From the IMG/VR virus record IMGVR_UViG_3300050821_008607, positions 34,184 to 98,183 of that record: 64,000 nucleotides of DNA. One strand, written 5' to 3'. This document shows, one piece after another, positions 7,760 to 17,687 of the stretch. The notes under the pieces are model-generated. The model worked only from the letters and a program-made list of their open reading frames with translations, did no database searches and had not been told where the DNA came from. The position numbers and the translations under genes were made by a program. This DNA is from a virus. Within the stretch, counting starts at the first letter, position 1. Every line of letters begins with the position of its first letter.

Positions 7760-10500
7760 CAGGTGAGCCCGACCCAGAACGGCACGTTCAGGGACACGTT
7801 GCTGGCCGGGGTGATCGACCCCGCCAGTGCCGTGGTCGCGGTGCCGTTGGTGGCGAACCGGTTGCGGGCCGCCGTGGTAGTGCCGTTGTAGAGGGTGGCG
7901 TCGAGCGAGTTGTTGTTCTTCGCGAAGGCCGGTGGCGTGGTGCCGACGGAGAAGAACGCCACCCAGTAGTAGCCGGGCGGCAGCGTGAACGGGCCGCCGG
8001 TCAGGGCCATGGACTTGCGGCCGGTGGAGTTCCAACTGCTGGACTGGCTCGCGGTGGTGGCTACCAGGGTGCCCGCCGAGTTGTAGATCCCGGCGAAACT
8101 CTGGCCTGCGGTGAGGGTGGATCCAGCCGTCACGACGTACAGGACCACGTTGGTCACCGAGATGGGCTGCGGCACCAGCACCTTCACCAGGTTGACGACC
8201 CCCGACCCCGGGGCAATGCCGGTACCCGAGACCAGCACCGAGTCGAACGACCACGCCAGGTACCCGCTGTCGTTGGGCAGCGCGGTGAAGTTGGCCGACT
8301 GGATGGGGCCGCCGGTGATGGTGCCGTCGGTGGCGAAGTTCCACACACCAGTGCCGGTGTTGTTGCTCAGCGTCTGGGCCCGGTTGTTGGTGAGGATGAC
8401 GCCGCTGGCACCGTTCAGGTTGATGAACGGGTGGCCGGTGAAGGTGCCCGGGATGTCGCGGACGTCGTACTGCGAGACCTCGGTCTGCAGGCAGGTGGCT
8501 TCCAGGTAGACGTCCCATGTCGCGGCGCCGTCGGGTCCCTGCAGGTCCCTGCCGCAGGACCGGATGACGGTGTTGGTGGAGGGCCACGTCGAGTTGGTGG
8601 CCTGCCCGATGTAGAACAGGCTGTTGCCGACGGTGGCCCCGGTGAAGATGTCGTAGGACCGGCAGTTCTCGAAGACCACCCCCTGTCCGGATAGGGACTT
8701 AACGGCGCCACCGAACGGGTGCTCGAAATAGCAGTCCCGGAACGCGTTCTGCTCGTGGTAGGTACGTGCCGAGCTGCCGGAGTCGGCCTGGATCAGCACC
8801 AGGTACTGGCTGGTGTCCAGGCCCACGTTCTGGAACAGGCAGTGGTCCCAGGTCAGGTTGGCCACGTCCGCGGTGGAGATGCCCGTGACCGACCAGCCCG
8901 GAACGGACCGCGTGGCCCCGTACACGCTGGAGATGATGTTCTCGAACTTGACCCACAGCAGGGTCCCGGACGAGTTCCACACGCTCTTGTTCGCGGAGCG
9001 GGCGTAGCACACCAGGTCGTGGAAGCTGCCCTGGTTGATGTTGGCGCCGGTGAAGCAGTGGCCGCCCGTGGCGTCCAGGACCAGGTGGTCGACCTCGACG
9101 AACCCTGGCTGGCTGCTGTAGCCGGGGTGCATGTAGTTGCTGCCGAAGTCGAAGATGTCCGTCGCGGTGGTCTTCAACGTGCTGCCGTAGTCGCCGGTGA
9201 AGCGCAGGCCCACCGTGGGCTTCAGCGAGGTGCCGAGCAGGTAGGTGCCGGCCGGGAAATAGATGACGCCACGGCCGCCGGTGACCACAGTGGTGGCCGC
9301 GTTGATCGCGGCTTGAATCGCGGCACTGTCGTTGGCGACCCCGTCACCCACGGCCCCGTAGGTCTTGACGTTGAGCCAAGCGGTGCCGGAGACAGCGCCG
9401 GGGACCTGCCACGCCCCGTTGCCCGAGGCGTCGGAGGTGAAGACACTTCCGGTAGCGGCACCCGTGGGGAGCTTGAGCGTGCCCGTCACGGTGGCGTTGC
9501 CGGTGACCGTGCTGAGGACGGTGCCGCCGCCGTTGTACAGGTATCCGCCACGGGCGGACCCGGTGACGGTGATGTTGCCGAGCTCGTGCAGGGTGCCCGA
9601 GTAGATCTCGATGTTGTGCGACGGCATGTTCGTCAGCGAGTCGTTGCCGAACGTTGTCGCGTGGACCGTCAGTTCGCCGCTGGCCGACATCTGGATGTTC
9701 GGGTACGTGTTGTCCGTGGCCTGGCTGTTGGAGTGGACCATGCAGCCGACGACGGTGACCCCGGTGACCGTGTCGCCCACGTAGATGCCGTGCTTCTGGT
9801 TGCGGTCGACGCCGCAGTTGACCACGGACACCATCTGCACGCCGCTGTTGATGTTGATGCCGGTACCGGTCGAGGACCAGATGTCACAGTTCGCCAGGTG
9901 GGCGACCCAGCCGACGCCGCCGATGTTGACGCCGTCGTTCCCGGACAGGCCGATCAGGCATGCGTCCAGGCCGGTGTCGGAGCCGTTCAGGCTGACGCCG
10001 TTGTGCGTCGACTGCACGATCCACGTGCGCTGCACCTTCACGGCCTGGCGGCCGGAGCCGATCTGGATCCCGTCAAAGGCTGCGCCGGTGAGGTAGCAGT
10101 CCACGATGTGCCAGGCAGTGTCCTGGCTGGTGGCAGTGTCGAGGTGGATCAGGTCGCCACTGGAGTTGTTGGCCTTGTTGCCGTCCAGGCCCAGGTTGCG
10201 GATCTGGACGTTGGCGATACCCGCGGCACCGTGGATCAGGTGGTCGTTGAGGCCATTCTTGGCCTTGAGAACGCTGGCCTGCCCCGGCGGAGTCGGGTAC
10301 GTGTAGTTGGACTGCTCGGAGCCCATCAGTACCGTGCCGATGCGCGGCTCCAGGCGTCCCGTCAGGTACGTGCCCGGCGGGAAGTACACCGGCGGCCCGG
10401 CCGCGTTGATGGCGGCCTGAATAGCCGCAGTGTCATCCGTGACCCCGTCCCCGGCAGCCCCGTAGTCCTGCGGCGTGATGAAACCGGCAAGAAACGACAC
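7759..10500 (-). CDS. tail spike/depolymerase with two pectate-lyase-like beta-helix modules
   Basis: two copies of YGAxGDGVxxDxAAIQAAINAA...YFPxGTYL, each followed by beta-helix repeats. Confidence 0.85.
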   Translation of the reverse strand: MSFLAGFITPQDYGAAGDGVTDDTAAIQAAINAAGPPVYFPPGTYLTGRLEPRIGTVLMGSEQSNYTYPTPPGQASVLKAKNGLNDHLIHGAAGIANVQIRNLGLDGNKANNSSGDLIHLDTATSQDTAWHIVDCYLTGAAFDGIQIGSGRQAVKVQRTWIVQSTHNGVSLNGSDTGLDACLIGLSGNDGVNIGGVGWVAHLANCDIWSSTGTGININSGVQMVSVVNCGVDRNQKHGIYVGDTVTGVTVVGCMVHSNSQATDNTYPNIQMSASGELTVHATTFGNDSLTNMPSHNIEIYSGTLHELGNITVTGSARGGYLYNGGGTVLSTVTGNATVTGTLKLPTGAATGSVFTSDASGNGAWQVPGAVSGTAWLNVKTYGAVGDGVANDSAAIQAAINAATTVVTGGRGVIYFPAGTYLLGTSLKPTVGLRFTGDYGSTLKTTATDIFDFGSNYMHPGYSSQPGFVEVDHLVLDATGGHCFTGANINQGSFHDLVCYARSANKSVWNSSGTLLWVKFENIISSVYGATRSVPGWSVTGISTADVANLTWDHCLFQNVGLDTSQYLVLIQADSGSSARTYHEQNAFRDCYFEHPFGGAVKSLSGQGVVFENCRSYDIFTGATVGNSLFYIGQATNSTWPSTNTVIRSCGRDLQGPDGAATWDVYLEATCLQTEVSQYDVRDIPGTFTGHPFINLNGASGVILTNNRAQTLSNNTGTGVWNFATDGTITGGPIQSANFTALPNDSGYLAWSFDSVLVSGTGIAPGSGVVNLVKVLVPQPISVTNVVLYVVTAGSTLTAGQSFAGIYNSAGTLVATTASQSSSWNSTGRKSMALTGGPFTLPPGYYWVAFFSVGTTPPAFAKNNNSLDATLYNGTTTAARNRFATNGTATTALAGSITPASNVSLNVPFWVGLT

Positions 10501-10501
10501 G

Positions 10502-11254
10502 TCAGCTCACCCCCGTCAGCAGGCCGTTGGAATAGGACAATGTCCGCGACGAAGAGACGTAACTGCCGTCCTGCGCGACCGTGTATTCAGTGACCTGCGA
10601 AATACGGTTCGACGTGTCGTAGGCGAAAGTAGTGATGCGGGCCCCGCTGTCATCGGAGATCGATTGCAGGAGTGTGCCGCCCGACTGGTCGAACACCTGG
10701 TACATCAGCCCGTACGGCACACCCGTCCACGTCGCCCCGTCCGGTGACGTGGCCGCGCCCGTCCCGGCGTTGGAGTGCTGCCACACGTAGTAGTGGCTGG
10801 CGGAGCCGACGAGCGCCGTCACCACGTGGTACGGGGTGCTCGGCGTGAGCCCAGAGGCGGCCAGCGGCACCACCGCCCAGAACGGCGCCGCATAGACGTA
10901 GTTGCCGCCCAGGGCCGTGGACGCCAGTGCGGGCCCCGCGGGGAGTCCGGCCGCGTCCGCGTACAGGCTCACCTGCAGCGGCGGGATCAGGTTCAGGGTC
11001 GGCGAGCCGCCCACCGCTGCGACCTGGAGCTGCAGGCTGCCGATCGTGGTCTGCGACGCCCCGGTGGTGATCCTCTGCGTGAGCCACTGGGCGCGGGTGT
11101 CCGAGTACACCCCGGTGCCGGTGGTCTGCGACGACACCGCCGCGCCGCCCGAGTACACGAACGTCGAGGTGTGCGCGGCCAGGAACTGGTTCACCTGCCC
11201 GGCCCGCGAGGACTGCCCCGCGGTGGCCGCAACATAGCTGGGGACAGCGGACAC
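10502..11254 (-). CDS. minor tail protein
   Basis: Ser/Thr/Gly-rich; in tail module; paralogous to neighbouring genes. Confidence 0.7.
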   Translation of the reverse strand: MSAVPSYVAATAGQSSRAGQVNQFLAAHTSTFVYSGGAAVSSQTTGTGVYSDTRAQWLTQRITTGASQTTIGSLQLQVAAVGGSPTLNLIPPLQVSLYADAAGLPAGPALASTALGGNYVYAAPFWAVVPLAASGLTPSTPYHVVTALVGSASHYYVWQHSNAGTGAATSPDGATWTGVPYGLMYQVFDQSGGTLLQSISDDSGARITTFAYDTSNRISQVTEYTVAQDGSYVSSSRTLSYSNGLLTGVS

Positions 11255-11257
11255 GGA

Positions 11258-11806
11258 TCACATCCCCGCGAGCGAGAAGGACGCCTGCAGCAGGCAGGTG
11301 TCGGTCGTCGGCACGGTCACCGCGGGCGACACCGCCCAGTGGTCCAGCAGCACCCCGGCAACGGCCGGACTGCCCGCGGTTGCGGAGCCGTTCGCGAACA
11401 CCCCGGCCTCGCTGATGACCCAGGTGGTGGCGGGCTGCGGGAAGTAGAACAGCCAGGTGGCCTGCGCGGTCAGCGATGGGGTGGCCGGACTCGACGCGCC
11501 CGCCCCGACCGTTTGGCGCCCCAGCTCCGAGGTGAGCGCTGTATCGGCTGCGGTCGGCGTCGTCGTGCCGTTGCCAACCGCTCCCCATAGTGGCGTGAGG
11601 TACGTCGGCGAGGTCACCCCGAGGGCTGTGGCCTGGTCCTGGATGCCGGACCACACCAGCGCCGCCATGATCACCGACAGGCCCGCAGTGCACATCGTGT
11701 TGTCGCCCTCGCGCCGGTCCCGGACCGTCCCGTCCGGCCGGAACACCGTCAGCGACAGGCGTCCGTTGATGCCCAGCGACACCGGTGCGGGCCTGATCAG
11801 CTCCAT
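11258..11806 (-). CDS. tail fibre attachment/baseplate-like protein
   Basis: AVGNGTTTPTAADTALTSELGR...ISEAGVF motif typical of tail collar/fibre N-domains. Confidence 0.7.
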   Translation of the reverse strand: MELIRPAPVSLGINGRLSLTVFRPDGTVRDRREGDNTMCTAGLSVIMAALVWSGIQDQATALGVTSPTYLTPLWGAVGNGTTTPTAADTALTSELGRQTVGAGASSPATPSLTAQATWLFYFPQPATTWVISEAGVFANGSATAGSPAVAGVLLDHWAVSPAVTVPTTDTCLLQASFSLAGM

Positions 11807-12006
11807 ACCGAGCACCCCCACGTCGACTGGTCCCAGCCCGGCGGGGCGGAGTGCGTCACCACCGCCGAGTCGGCGAGGGTGCCCTGTTCGGCGGTCTCCA
11901 CGAAGTCCCCGAAGCCGTTGACCAGGTCCCCGGTCTGCTGCGACGACTGCTGGTTGAGGGTCCCCAGGACGTCGACGAGGGTCATCGCACGGTTCACGCC
12001 GGGCAC
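11797..12006 (-). CDS. small tail-region protein
   Basis: fills gap between tail genes; WDQSTWG..W motif. Confidence 0.55.
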   Translation of the reverse strand: MPGVNRAMTLVDVLGTLNQQSSQQTGDLVNGFGDFVETAEQGTLADSAVVTHSAPPGWDQSTWGCSVWS

Positions 12007-12022
12007 GGGCCACCGCCTCCCG

Positions 12023-13423
12023 TCACAGTCGAATGGCGGTGATCTGCGCCTGGCGGTAGCCGCCCTGGCCGAACGTCACGGAGTTGGCGACGATGATGAA
12101 CGTGCCGTTGATCCCCGGGATGCGGGAGTTCCTGGAGTCCGGCACGAACCGGTTGACGACCGTGCACGTCTGGCCGGCCCGCGCCCACCCCAGCCACTCC
12201 GGGGTGGTGGTGAACGTGGCGCGCTCGGCCGCGAACGCGTACTCGGTTCGCTGGCGCATCGCCCGGGCCAGGGCCATCGGCGGCGTCGTCAGGCTGGTGT
12301 CGTTGATGTACTCGCTGAACGCGCCACCGTTCGGGCCCGCGTAGGCGACCTGGGAGGGATGGTCGTTGGCGACCGCGACGATCGGAACCTGGTAGTCGTA
12401 CCAGATCCGCAGGATGACCCCCGGGGACGGCTCGTCGGCCGCACCCAGGAACCAGCCGCCGAAGGCATTCTGGGTGATGTACCAGGCCGTTCCGGCCGGG
12501 ATGGCACTGCCCGCGTTGACGATCGTAACCGACGTCTGCACGCCGTTGACCTTCAGGATCGGGCTGCCCGTCACCGTGTACCGCAGTGCCCACGAGGTCT
12601 GCGACCCGTTGCCCACGAACACATCCGTTGCGGCCGTCGTCAGCACCGAGCCGTGCGTGATGGTCTGGTTCGCGCCCTGGATCAGGATCCGGTTGCGGAT
12701 CGACGCGCCGTCCCACTCGTACGTCGACTGCGCGGTGCCGTCGAAGTGCGCCTCGGTCAGCGACCCGGCCCCGGCCGCGGTCGGACTGGTGGTGAACGTG
12801 ACCCCGGAGGCCAGGGCGGTGGTCGAGTCGTAGAAGTGCAGCTTGCGGTTCTCGTCCACGTACCAGCCGTAGGGGGTGACCTGCGACGCGAGTTGTGCCA
12901 GCCTCCGCCACGCCTCGCTGAGGGTGACGTAGTTGAGGACGAACGACGCCAGCTGGGGTCCTGGGGCGACGAAGCCGCCGTTGCGGACCGTCGCCGCCGA
13001 GATGCCGCAGTTCGCCTGCGCGGTCAGCTCGACCACGATCTGGTCGACGGTCTGGCCGATGAACACTCCGTGGACCACGGCGTTGTCCGCGTAGAACGTG
13101 TAGTCGACGCAGGACAGGTCCCACTCGTTGAGGTTCGTGCCCTGCACGCTCAGCGCCGGATTGGTGACCACCCCGGCGAACAGAGTCTGTCCTGCGGTGT
13201 TGTCGACCAGCTTCACCTGCGACATTTCCAGCACGTAGAACGTGCTGGCCGTACCCAGATACTCGTCGACCAGGGGGATCACGGCCGTGTCGCCCTGGCG
13301 GCCGAAGTTCTGGTTGATCGTCATCGACTGTGCGGCGCCGGCCCGGGCCAGTTTGCTCGTGTAGTTGGTGGGGCTTCCGCCGGGCGGGGTGAGGGTGAGG
13401 GTGAGGTTGGGGGGAGCGACCAT
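12023..13423 (-). CDS. tail tip/hub protein
   Basis: first co-oriented gene after tape measure; LFAGVV, WYVDENRKLHF and IRNRILIQG hub-like motifs. Confidence 0.75.
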   Translation of the reverse strand: MVAPPNLTLTLTPPGGSPTNYTSKLARAGAAQSMTINQNFGRQGDTAVIPLVDEYLGTASTFYVLEMSQVKLVDNTAGQTLFAGVVTNPALSVQGTNLNEWDLSCVDYTFYADNAVVHGVFIGQTVDQIVVELTAQANCGISAATVRNGGFVAPGPQLASFVLNYVTLSEAWRRLAQLASQVTPYGWYVDENRKLHFYDSTTALASGVTFTTSPTAAGAGSLTEAHFDGTAQSTYEWDGASIRNRILIQGANQTITHGSVLTTAATDVFVGNGSQTSWALRYTVTGSPILKVNGVQTSVTIVNAGSAIPAGTAWYITQNAFGGWFLGAADEPSPGVILRIWYDYQVPIVAVANDHPSQVAYAGPNGGAFSEYINDTSLTTPPMALARAMRQRTEYAFAAERATFTTTPEWLGWARAGQTCTVVNRFVPDSRNSRIPGINGTFIIVANSVTFGQGGYRQAQITAIRL

Positions 13424-13508
13424 CCGTCACCCCCCGTCTGGTCACAGATGGAGCACGACGGGCCGCTATGCGAGACGCCGGGCGGGTGCCCGGCGCGATA
13501 CTGCGCGG

Positions 13509-13793
13509 ATGACGACACCACCTGCAGTCGCACCGCCCCGCATCCCCATTGGCACGGGCATCAAGTACAAGGATGGCAACCTGGTCATGGGCCAGCTCTG
13601 GCAGAAGTGGCGCACGCCCATGGCGCACGCCACGCTGCAGAGCGTCGGGACCCCCGGCAAGCGCCTCACTATCGTGATCTCCACGCCCTCGGGGGAGACG
13701 CGCCGCCACCCCGTCCGCAAGGAGCACGCAGATCGCGCCACTGCCTGGGTGGTGGCGTTCAACGCCTGGCGGGAGGCCATCGGGCAGGCGTGA
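13509..13793 (+). CDS. hypothetical protein, antisense insertion (moron) in tail operon
   Basis: MTTPPAVAPP...AFNAWREAIGQA, 94 aa, fills the gap between TMP and hub. Confidence 0.6.
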   Translation: MTTPPAVAPPRIPIGTGIKYKDGNLVMGQLWQKWRTPMAHATLQSVGTPGKRLTIVISTPSGETRRHPVRKEHADRATAWVVAFNAWREAIGQA

Positions 13794-13805
13794 CCGGCGG
13801 CCGGT

Positions 13806-16800
13806 TCAGCCCCGACTCCGGTAGCCGCCCTGGGGCAGCATCTTGGTGGCCAGGGAGCGGCCGATGTCGTTGATGAGCCTGTCCATGTCGGCCTTCGAGC
13901 TGAAGTGCGCGCCCTCGAAGTGGTTGTGGACCACCAGGGTCCCGCCCCCGCCGCCCGCGCCACCGCCGTAGGAGAGGCCGGCGCCTGCGCCCGCGAGGGA
14001 CAGGCTGCCCGTCAGGGCCGTCTGCGCGGAACCGGGCAGTGCCCCGGACAGGTTCCGCACCGCGGCGTGGGCAAGGTGGGCATGGTCGTTGACGCCCTTG
14101 GCGATGCCCTCGGGGATGGCCATGCCCACGCCGTCCGCGAAGACCTTGCTGGGGCTGTTGATGCCCAGGGCGCTCATGGCGGACTTGAGGGCGTTCTTGG
14201 CCAGGTCGCCGACGGAGTTGAAGAGCCAGCTCGCCGCACCCTCGATTCCGCTGACGATGCCGTTGACGATGTCGGAGCCGATGGACAGGAACTTGGAGCC
14301 GATGTTGCTGACGGCGTTCCAGGCGGACTGCAGTCCCGAGCCGATCGCGGAGCCGATGTTCCCGACGACGCTGACCACGGCGTGCCAGGCCCCGGTGATC
14401 GGGTTGATGATCGCGGCCTTGATGCCGTTCCAGACCGCTGAGGCGGTGGCCTGGATGCCGCGCCAGATGGCGGCCAGGAACGATTCGATGGCGTGGATGA
14501 TCGGCTGGATTGCCGACCAGGTTGCCTGGATCGGCTGAATGATCGTGACCTTGATGGCGTTCCAGGCGAGGCGCGCTCCGGCCTCGATGACATGCCAGGT
14601 GGCGACGAAGAATCCGGCGACGGCGCCCCAGACTGCCTTCGCCGTGCCGATGATCTGCGTGTGGAAGTGGTTCCAGATCCCGATGACCGCCGCGACAGCC
14701 GGAAGGAAGATCATCAGGAGGAGTGGCCACCACTTGGCGAAGAACCCGGAGATCGCGTTCCACACCGTCGTCGTCACCGAAGCGACCGCGTTCCAGGCCG
14801 CCTCCAGGGCGTGCCAGACTGCCTCCGCCGCACCCACGACCGCACCCCACGCAGCCGCCAGTGCGTGCCCGACCGCCACGGCGGCGGCAGCGATCGCCCG
14901 CCACGCCGCCTCCAGGGCATGCCACATGGCGAAGAACGCGATCCGGACGGCGTCCGCGACGGCGTTGACTACGTCCCGGAAGACCTTGAAGTGGAAGTAG
15001 GCGTAGACCACGCCGGCCACGACGGCGGCGATCGCGATCACGATGAGCTCCGCCGGAGAGAGGATCGCAGCCTCGGCCCCGGCAAAGATCAGCGCAAGGG
15101 CGTTCATGACCCCCTGGACGATCTCCCAGGCCTTCATGGCCAGGACCACGGCGCCGATCGCACCAGCCACGGCAAGCAGTAGGCCGACGATCTTCTGGTT
15201 GTGTGCGATCCACGTCGCCATCGGCACCACGACCTTGGCGATCGCACCGGCTATCGCGGACACCGGCGGCAGCAGGACCGTGCCGAGCGAGATCCCGGCC
15301 GCCTCGATGCTGGCCTTGGCGACGTCGAGTTTCTGGTTGAACGTGCCCTGGATCGCAGCCCAGTTGTCGACGCCCTTGCCGCCCTTGGTGGCGGACTCCT
15401 CGATGGCCTTGGCACCGTTCTTGAAGGTGTCCATCCGGCCACCGGTGATCATCAGCGCGGTGTTGAGGCCCGTCGACCCGCCCATGAGCTTGGACAGGGC
15501 CGCAGTCATGGCCTGCGCCTGCGGGGAGCCCGACTTCAGGAGGTCGTTGAACGAGCTCGACTTCTTGACCAGCGCCTCGAACTGCTGCGCCAGCGCCTTC
15601 TGCGGCAGGCTCAGCCCGGAGAGGTCCTTGTTGTACTGCTTGGCTGTGATCGTTCCGGCCTGCAGGGCCTTGGCCGTGCCCTGAATGCTCGGCGACAGCT
15701 GGCCCATCATGACGTTCAGGTCCGCGGCGGCGACCTTCGAGTCCTTCAGGCTGCTGATGAAGACCTGGCCGCCCTTGGTGTGCGCGGCCAGCGCATTGGT
15801 GACCGTCTCCAGAGTGGCGACCAGGCCCTTGCTGCCCAGCTCCTGGGTCACGCCGTTGACGCTCAGCCCGAGCGCCTGCATCTCGGACCTGGCCGGCCCC
15901 AGCGGATTGGTGAGGTCGCGGATCGTGAACGCGAGATCCTGGGTGGCCTGCTGCGCGGACATGTTCTGCGCGGTCATGGTCGCGAGTGCGCCGCCGACCT
16001 CGGAGAACTTGATGTGAACGGCAGCCGCGAGCGGGGCGACGTTGCCGAGTGACGCAGCGAGGTCCTGCATCTTCATGTCACCCTGGCCGACCGTGGTGAT
16101 CATTTCGTTCATCATCACGTTGGCCTTGTCACCGGACATGCCGTAGGCGTTCATCGTTCCCGTGAGCGCCTTCGACACCGTGTCCAGGTCAGCGCCGCCG
16201 ACCTTCGCACCCTCGGCCGCGACCCGCATCACATCCAGGCCGCCGTTCGCGGCATGGAACCCCGCCGACTCGACGTGGTACATCCCGGCGGCCATCTGGC
16301 TGGTGGTCGTGCCCGTGTCGGCGGCGATCTGCAGCATCCCGGCCCGAATCTTCGCCAGCCCCGACTGCGACTCACCCGCGTCGGTGACCAGGTGCTCGGT
16401 CATCGACTCGAAGTTCCCCGCCGCCTTGATCGCGAGGACGCCGACGGCGGCCACCGCGAGGCCGGCCATGCCCATGCCCTTGGACATGAGGCTGCCGCCC
16501 GCCGCGGCACGTTCTGCCGATGCGCCGGCGCGGGTGGTCGAGGCCGCAGCTGCATCCGTGGCGGCGGCGGACTCGCCCGACGCCGCAGCGGTCGCGCGCT
16601 GCACACTCGCCTGGTGCTCCTGGGCGGCACCGGCTTCCTTCGCCGCGAGCGCGGACTGCTTCTGCGCATCCGTCAGTGCCCTCGACGCGGCAACGAGACG
16701 CTCGGTCGCAGCCGTGTCGCCGTCCTCCGCAGCCGCCGCCTGCGACTGGGCCTCCAGAAGGGCCCGCTCGGCGGTGGCCTGCTGCTCGGCGGTCGACGCC

Positions 16801-17036
16801 ACCCGGGACTGGGCGGCGCTCAGCTTCGCGTCGGCCAGCTCCATCGCGTTGGCGCCCGACGCGGTCTGCAGTAGCGACGCGTCGATCTTCTCCCCGGCCA
16901 CCCCGGCGACCTCAGCCGCCCGGGCCGCAGTGCTCGCGAACTTGTCGAACGACGCGTCGATGCGCTCGGCGGTCCGCGTGGCCCTGTCGACGATCTCGAT
17001 GACGGCCAGGACGGAGAAACCCTCAACGCTGCCCAC
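13806..17036 (-). CDS. tape measure protein (TP901-like)
   Basis: 1076 aa, Ala-rich, W/F-periodic repeats, C-terminal LGINSPSKVF. Confidence 0.95.
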   Translation of the reverse strand: MGSVEGFSVLAVIEIVDRATRTAERIDASFDKFASTAARAAEVAGVAGEKIDASLLQTASGANAMELADAKLSAAQSRVASTAEQQATAERALLEAQSQAAAAEDGDTAATERLVAASRALTDAQKQSALAAKEAGAAQEHQASVQRATAAASGESAAATDAAAASTTRAGASAERAAAGGSLMSKGMGMAGLAVAAVGVLAIKAAGNFESMTEHLVTDAGESQSGLAKIRAGMLQIAADTGTTTSQMAAGMYHVESAGFHAANGGLDVMRVAAEGAKVGGADLDTVSKALTGTMNAYGMSGDKANVMMNEMITTVGQGDMKMQDLAASLGNVAPLAAAVHIKFSEVGGALATMTAQNMSAQQATQDLAFTIRDLTNPLGPARSEMQALGLSVNGVTQELGSKGLVATLETVTNALAAHTKGGQVFISSLKDSKVAAADLNVMMGQLSPSIQGTAKALQAGTITAKQYNKDLSGLSLPQKALAQQFEALVKKSSSFNDLLKSGSPQAQAMTAALSKLMGGSTGLNTALMITGGRMDTFKNGAKAIEESATKGGKGVDNWAAIQGTFNQKLDVAKASIEAAGISLGTVLLPPVSAIAGAIAKVVVPMATWIAHNQKIVGLLLAVAGAIGAVVLAMKAWEIVQGVMNALALIFAGAEAAILSPAELIVIAIAAVVAGVVYAYFHFKVFRDVVNAVADAVRIAFFAMWHALEAAWRAIAAAAVAVGHALAAAWGAVVGAAEAVWHALEAAWNAVASVTTTVWNAISGFFAKWWPLLLMIFLPAVAAVIGIWNHFHTQIIGTAKAVWGAVAGFFVATWHVIEAGARLAWNAIKVTIIQPIQATWSAIQPIIHAIESFLAAIWRGIQATASAVWNGIKAAIINPITGAWHAVVSVVGNIGSAIGSGLQSAWNAVSNIGSKFLSIGSDIVNGIVSGIEGAASWLFNSVGDLAKNALKSAMSALGINSPSKVFADGVGMAIPEGIAKGVNDHAHLAHAAVRNLSGALPGSAQTALTGSLSLAGAGAGLSYGGGAGGGGGTLVVHNHFEGAHFSSKADMDRLINDIGRSLATKMLPQGGYRSRG

Positions 17037-17608
17037 TGTTCGCCCGCCTCTGCTGTTCTTGTTCCTGGCTGGTGATCAGCTGCAGGTAGACGAGGTAGTC
17101 CTCAAGCTCACGGGCAGGCAGCGCTTCGATGTCAGCCTTCGTCATCCCCAGGCGCTGCCAGAACTGCTGCCTCGTCCAGAACGTCGACAGACTCGGCGGC
17201 CCCGGTGCCCCCATCCGGATCGCCGCCGACGCCTCCAGCAGGAAACTGACGCGACTCCGCCTTGGTCCTCGCACCGTTCGACTCGTCGATGAGCTCCCAC
17301 AGCTGGTCGAAGACCACGCCGGGCAGGCGCTTGACGGACTGCAGGTTCAGCGGCCAGATCGGGCCGTCGTCCTCGTCGGCGAGGTTCCAGTCGGCGATGC
17401 TGGCCAGGAGCAGCGTCTGCCGGTACTTGACTGTGTCGGGCTTGACCTCGCGGCCTTTCTCGTTGATGACGACGTTCGCCAGCGCGCGCTCGCCGGCTTC
17501 CTGCTGTCCGTGGGAGAGGTGCTGGCGGATGTCGATCCAGTACTTGCCTTCGGGGTCGCCGACCTCGACGCGGGTGATGCCGGAGTAGGCGGAGAGGAAT
17601 CCGGGCAT
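17023..17608 (-). CDS. tail assembly chaperone (short form 17132-17608; long form by frameshift ends at 17023)
   Basis: between tail tube and TMP; SIADWNL motif; overlapping +1 frame encodes LGMT..DIEALP...Y. Confidence 0.8.
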
Positions 17609-17640
17609 GGGGTCCTGCTTTCGTGCTGAGGGTGGGCATG

Positions 17641-17670
17641 AAAAAGCCCCGGGCCGTCTGGCTCCAGGGC
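17641..17670 (-). terminator. intrinsic terminator after tail tube gene
   Basis: GCCCTGG...CCGGGGC then TTTTT. Confidence 0.65.
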
Positions 17671-17687
17671 GTGCGGTCGGCGGTGTG

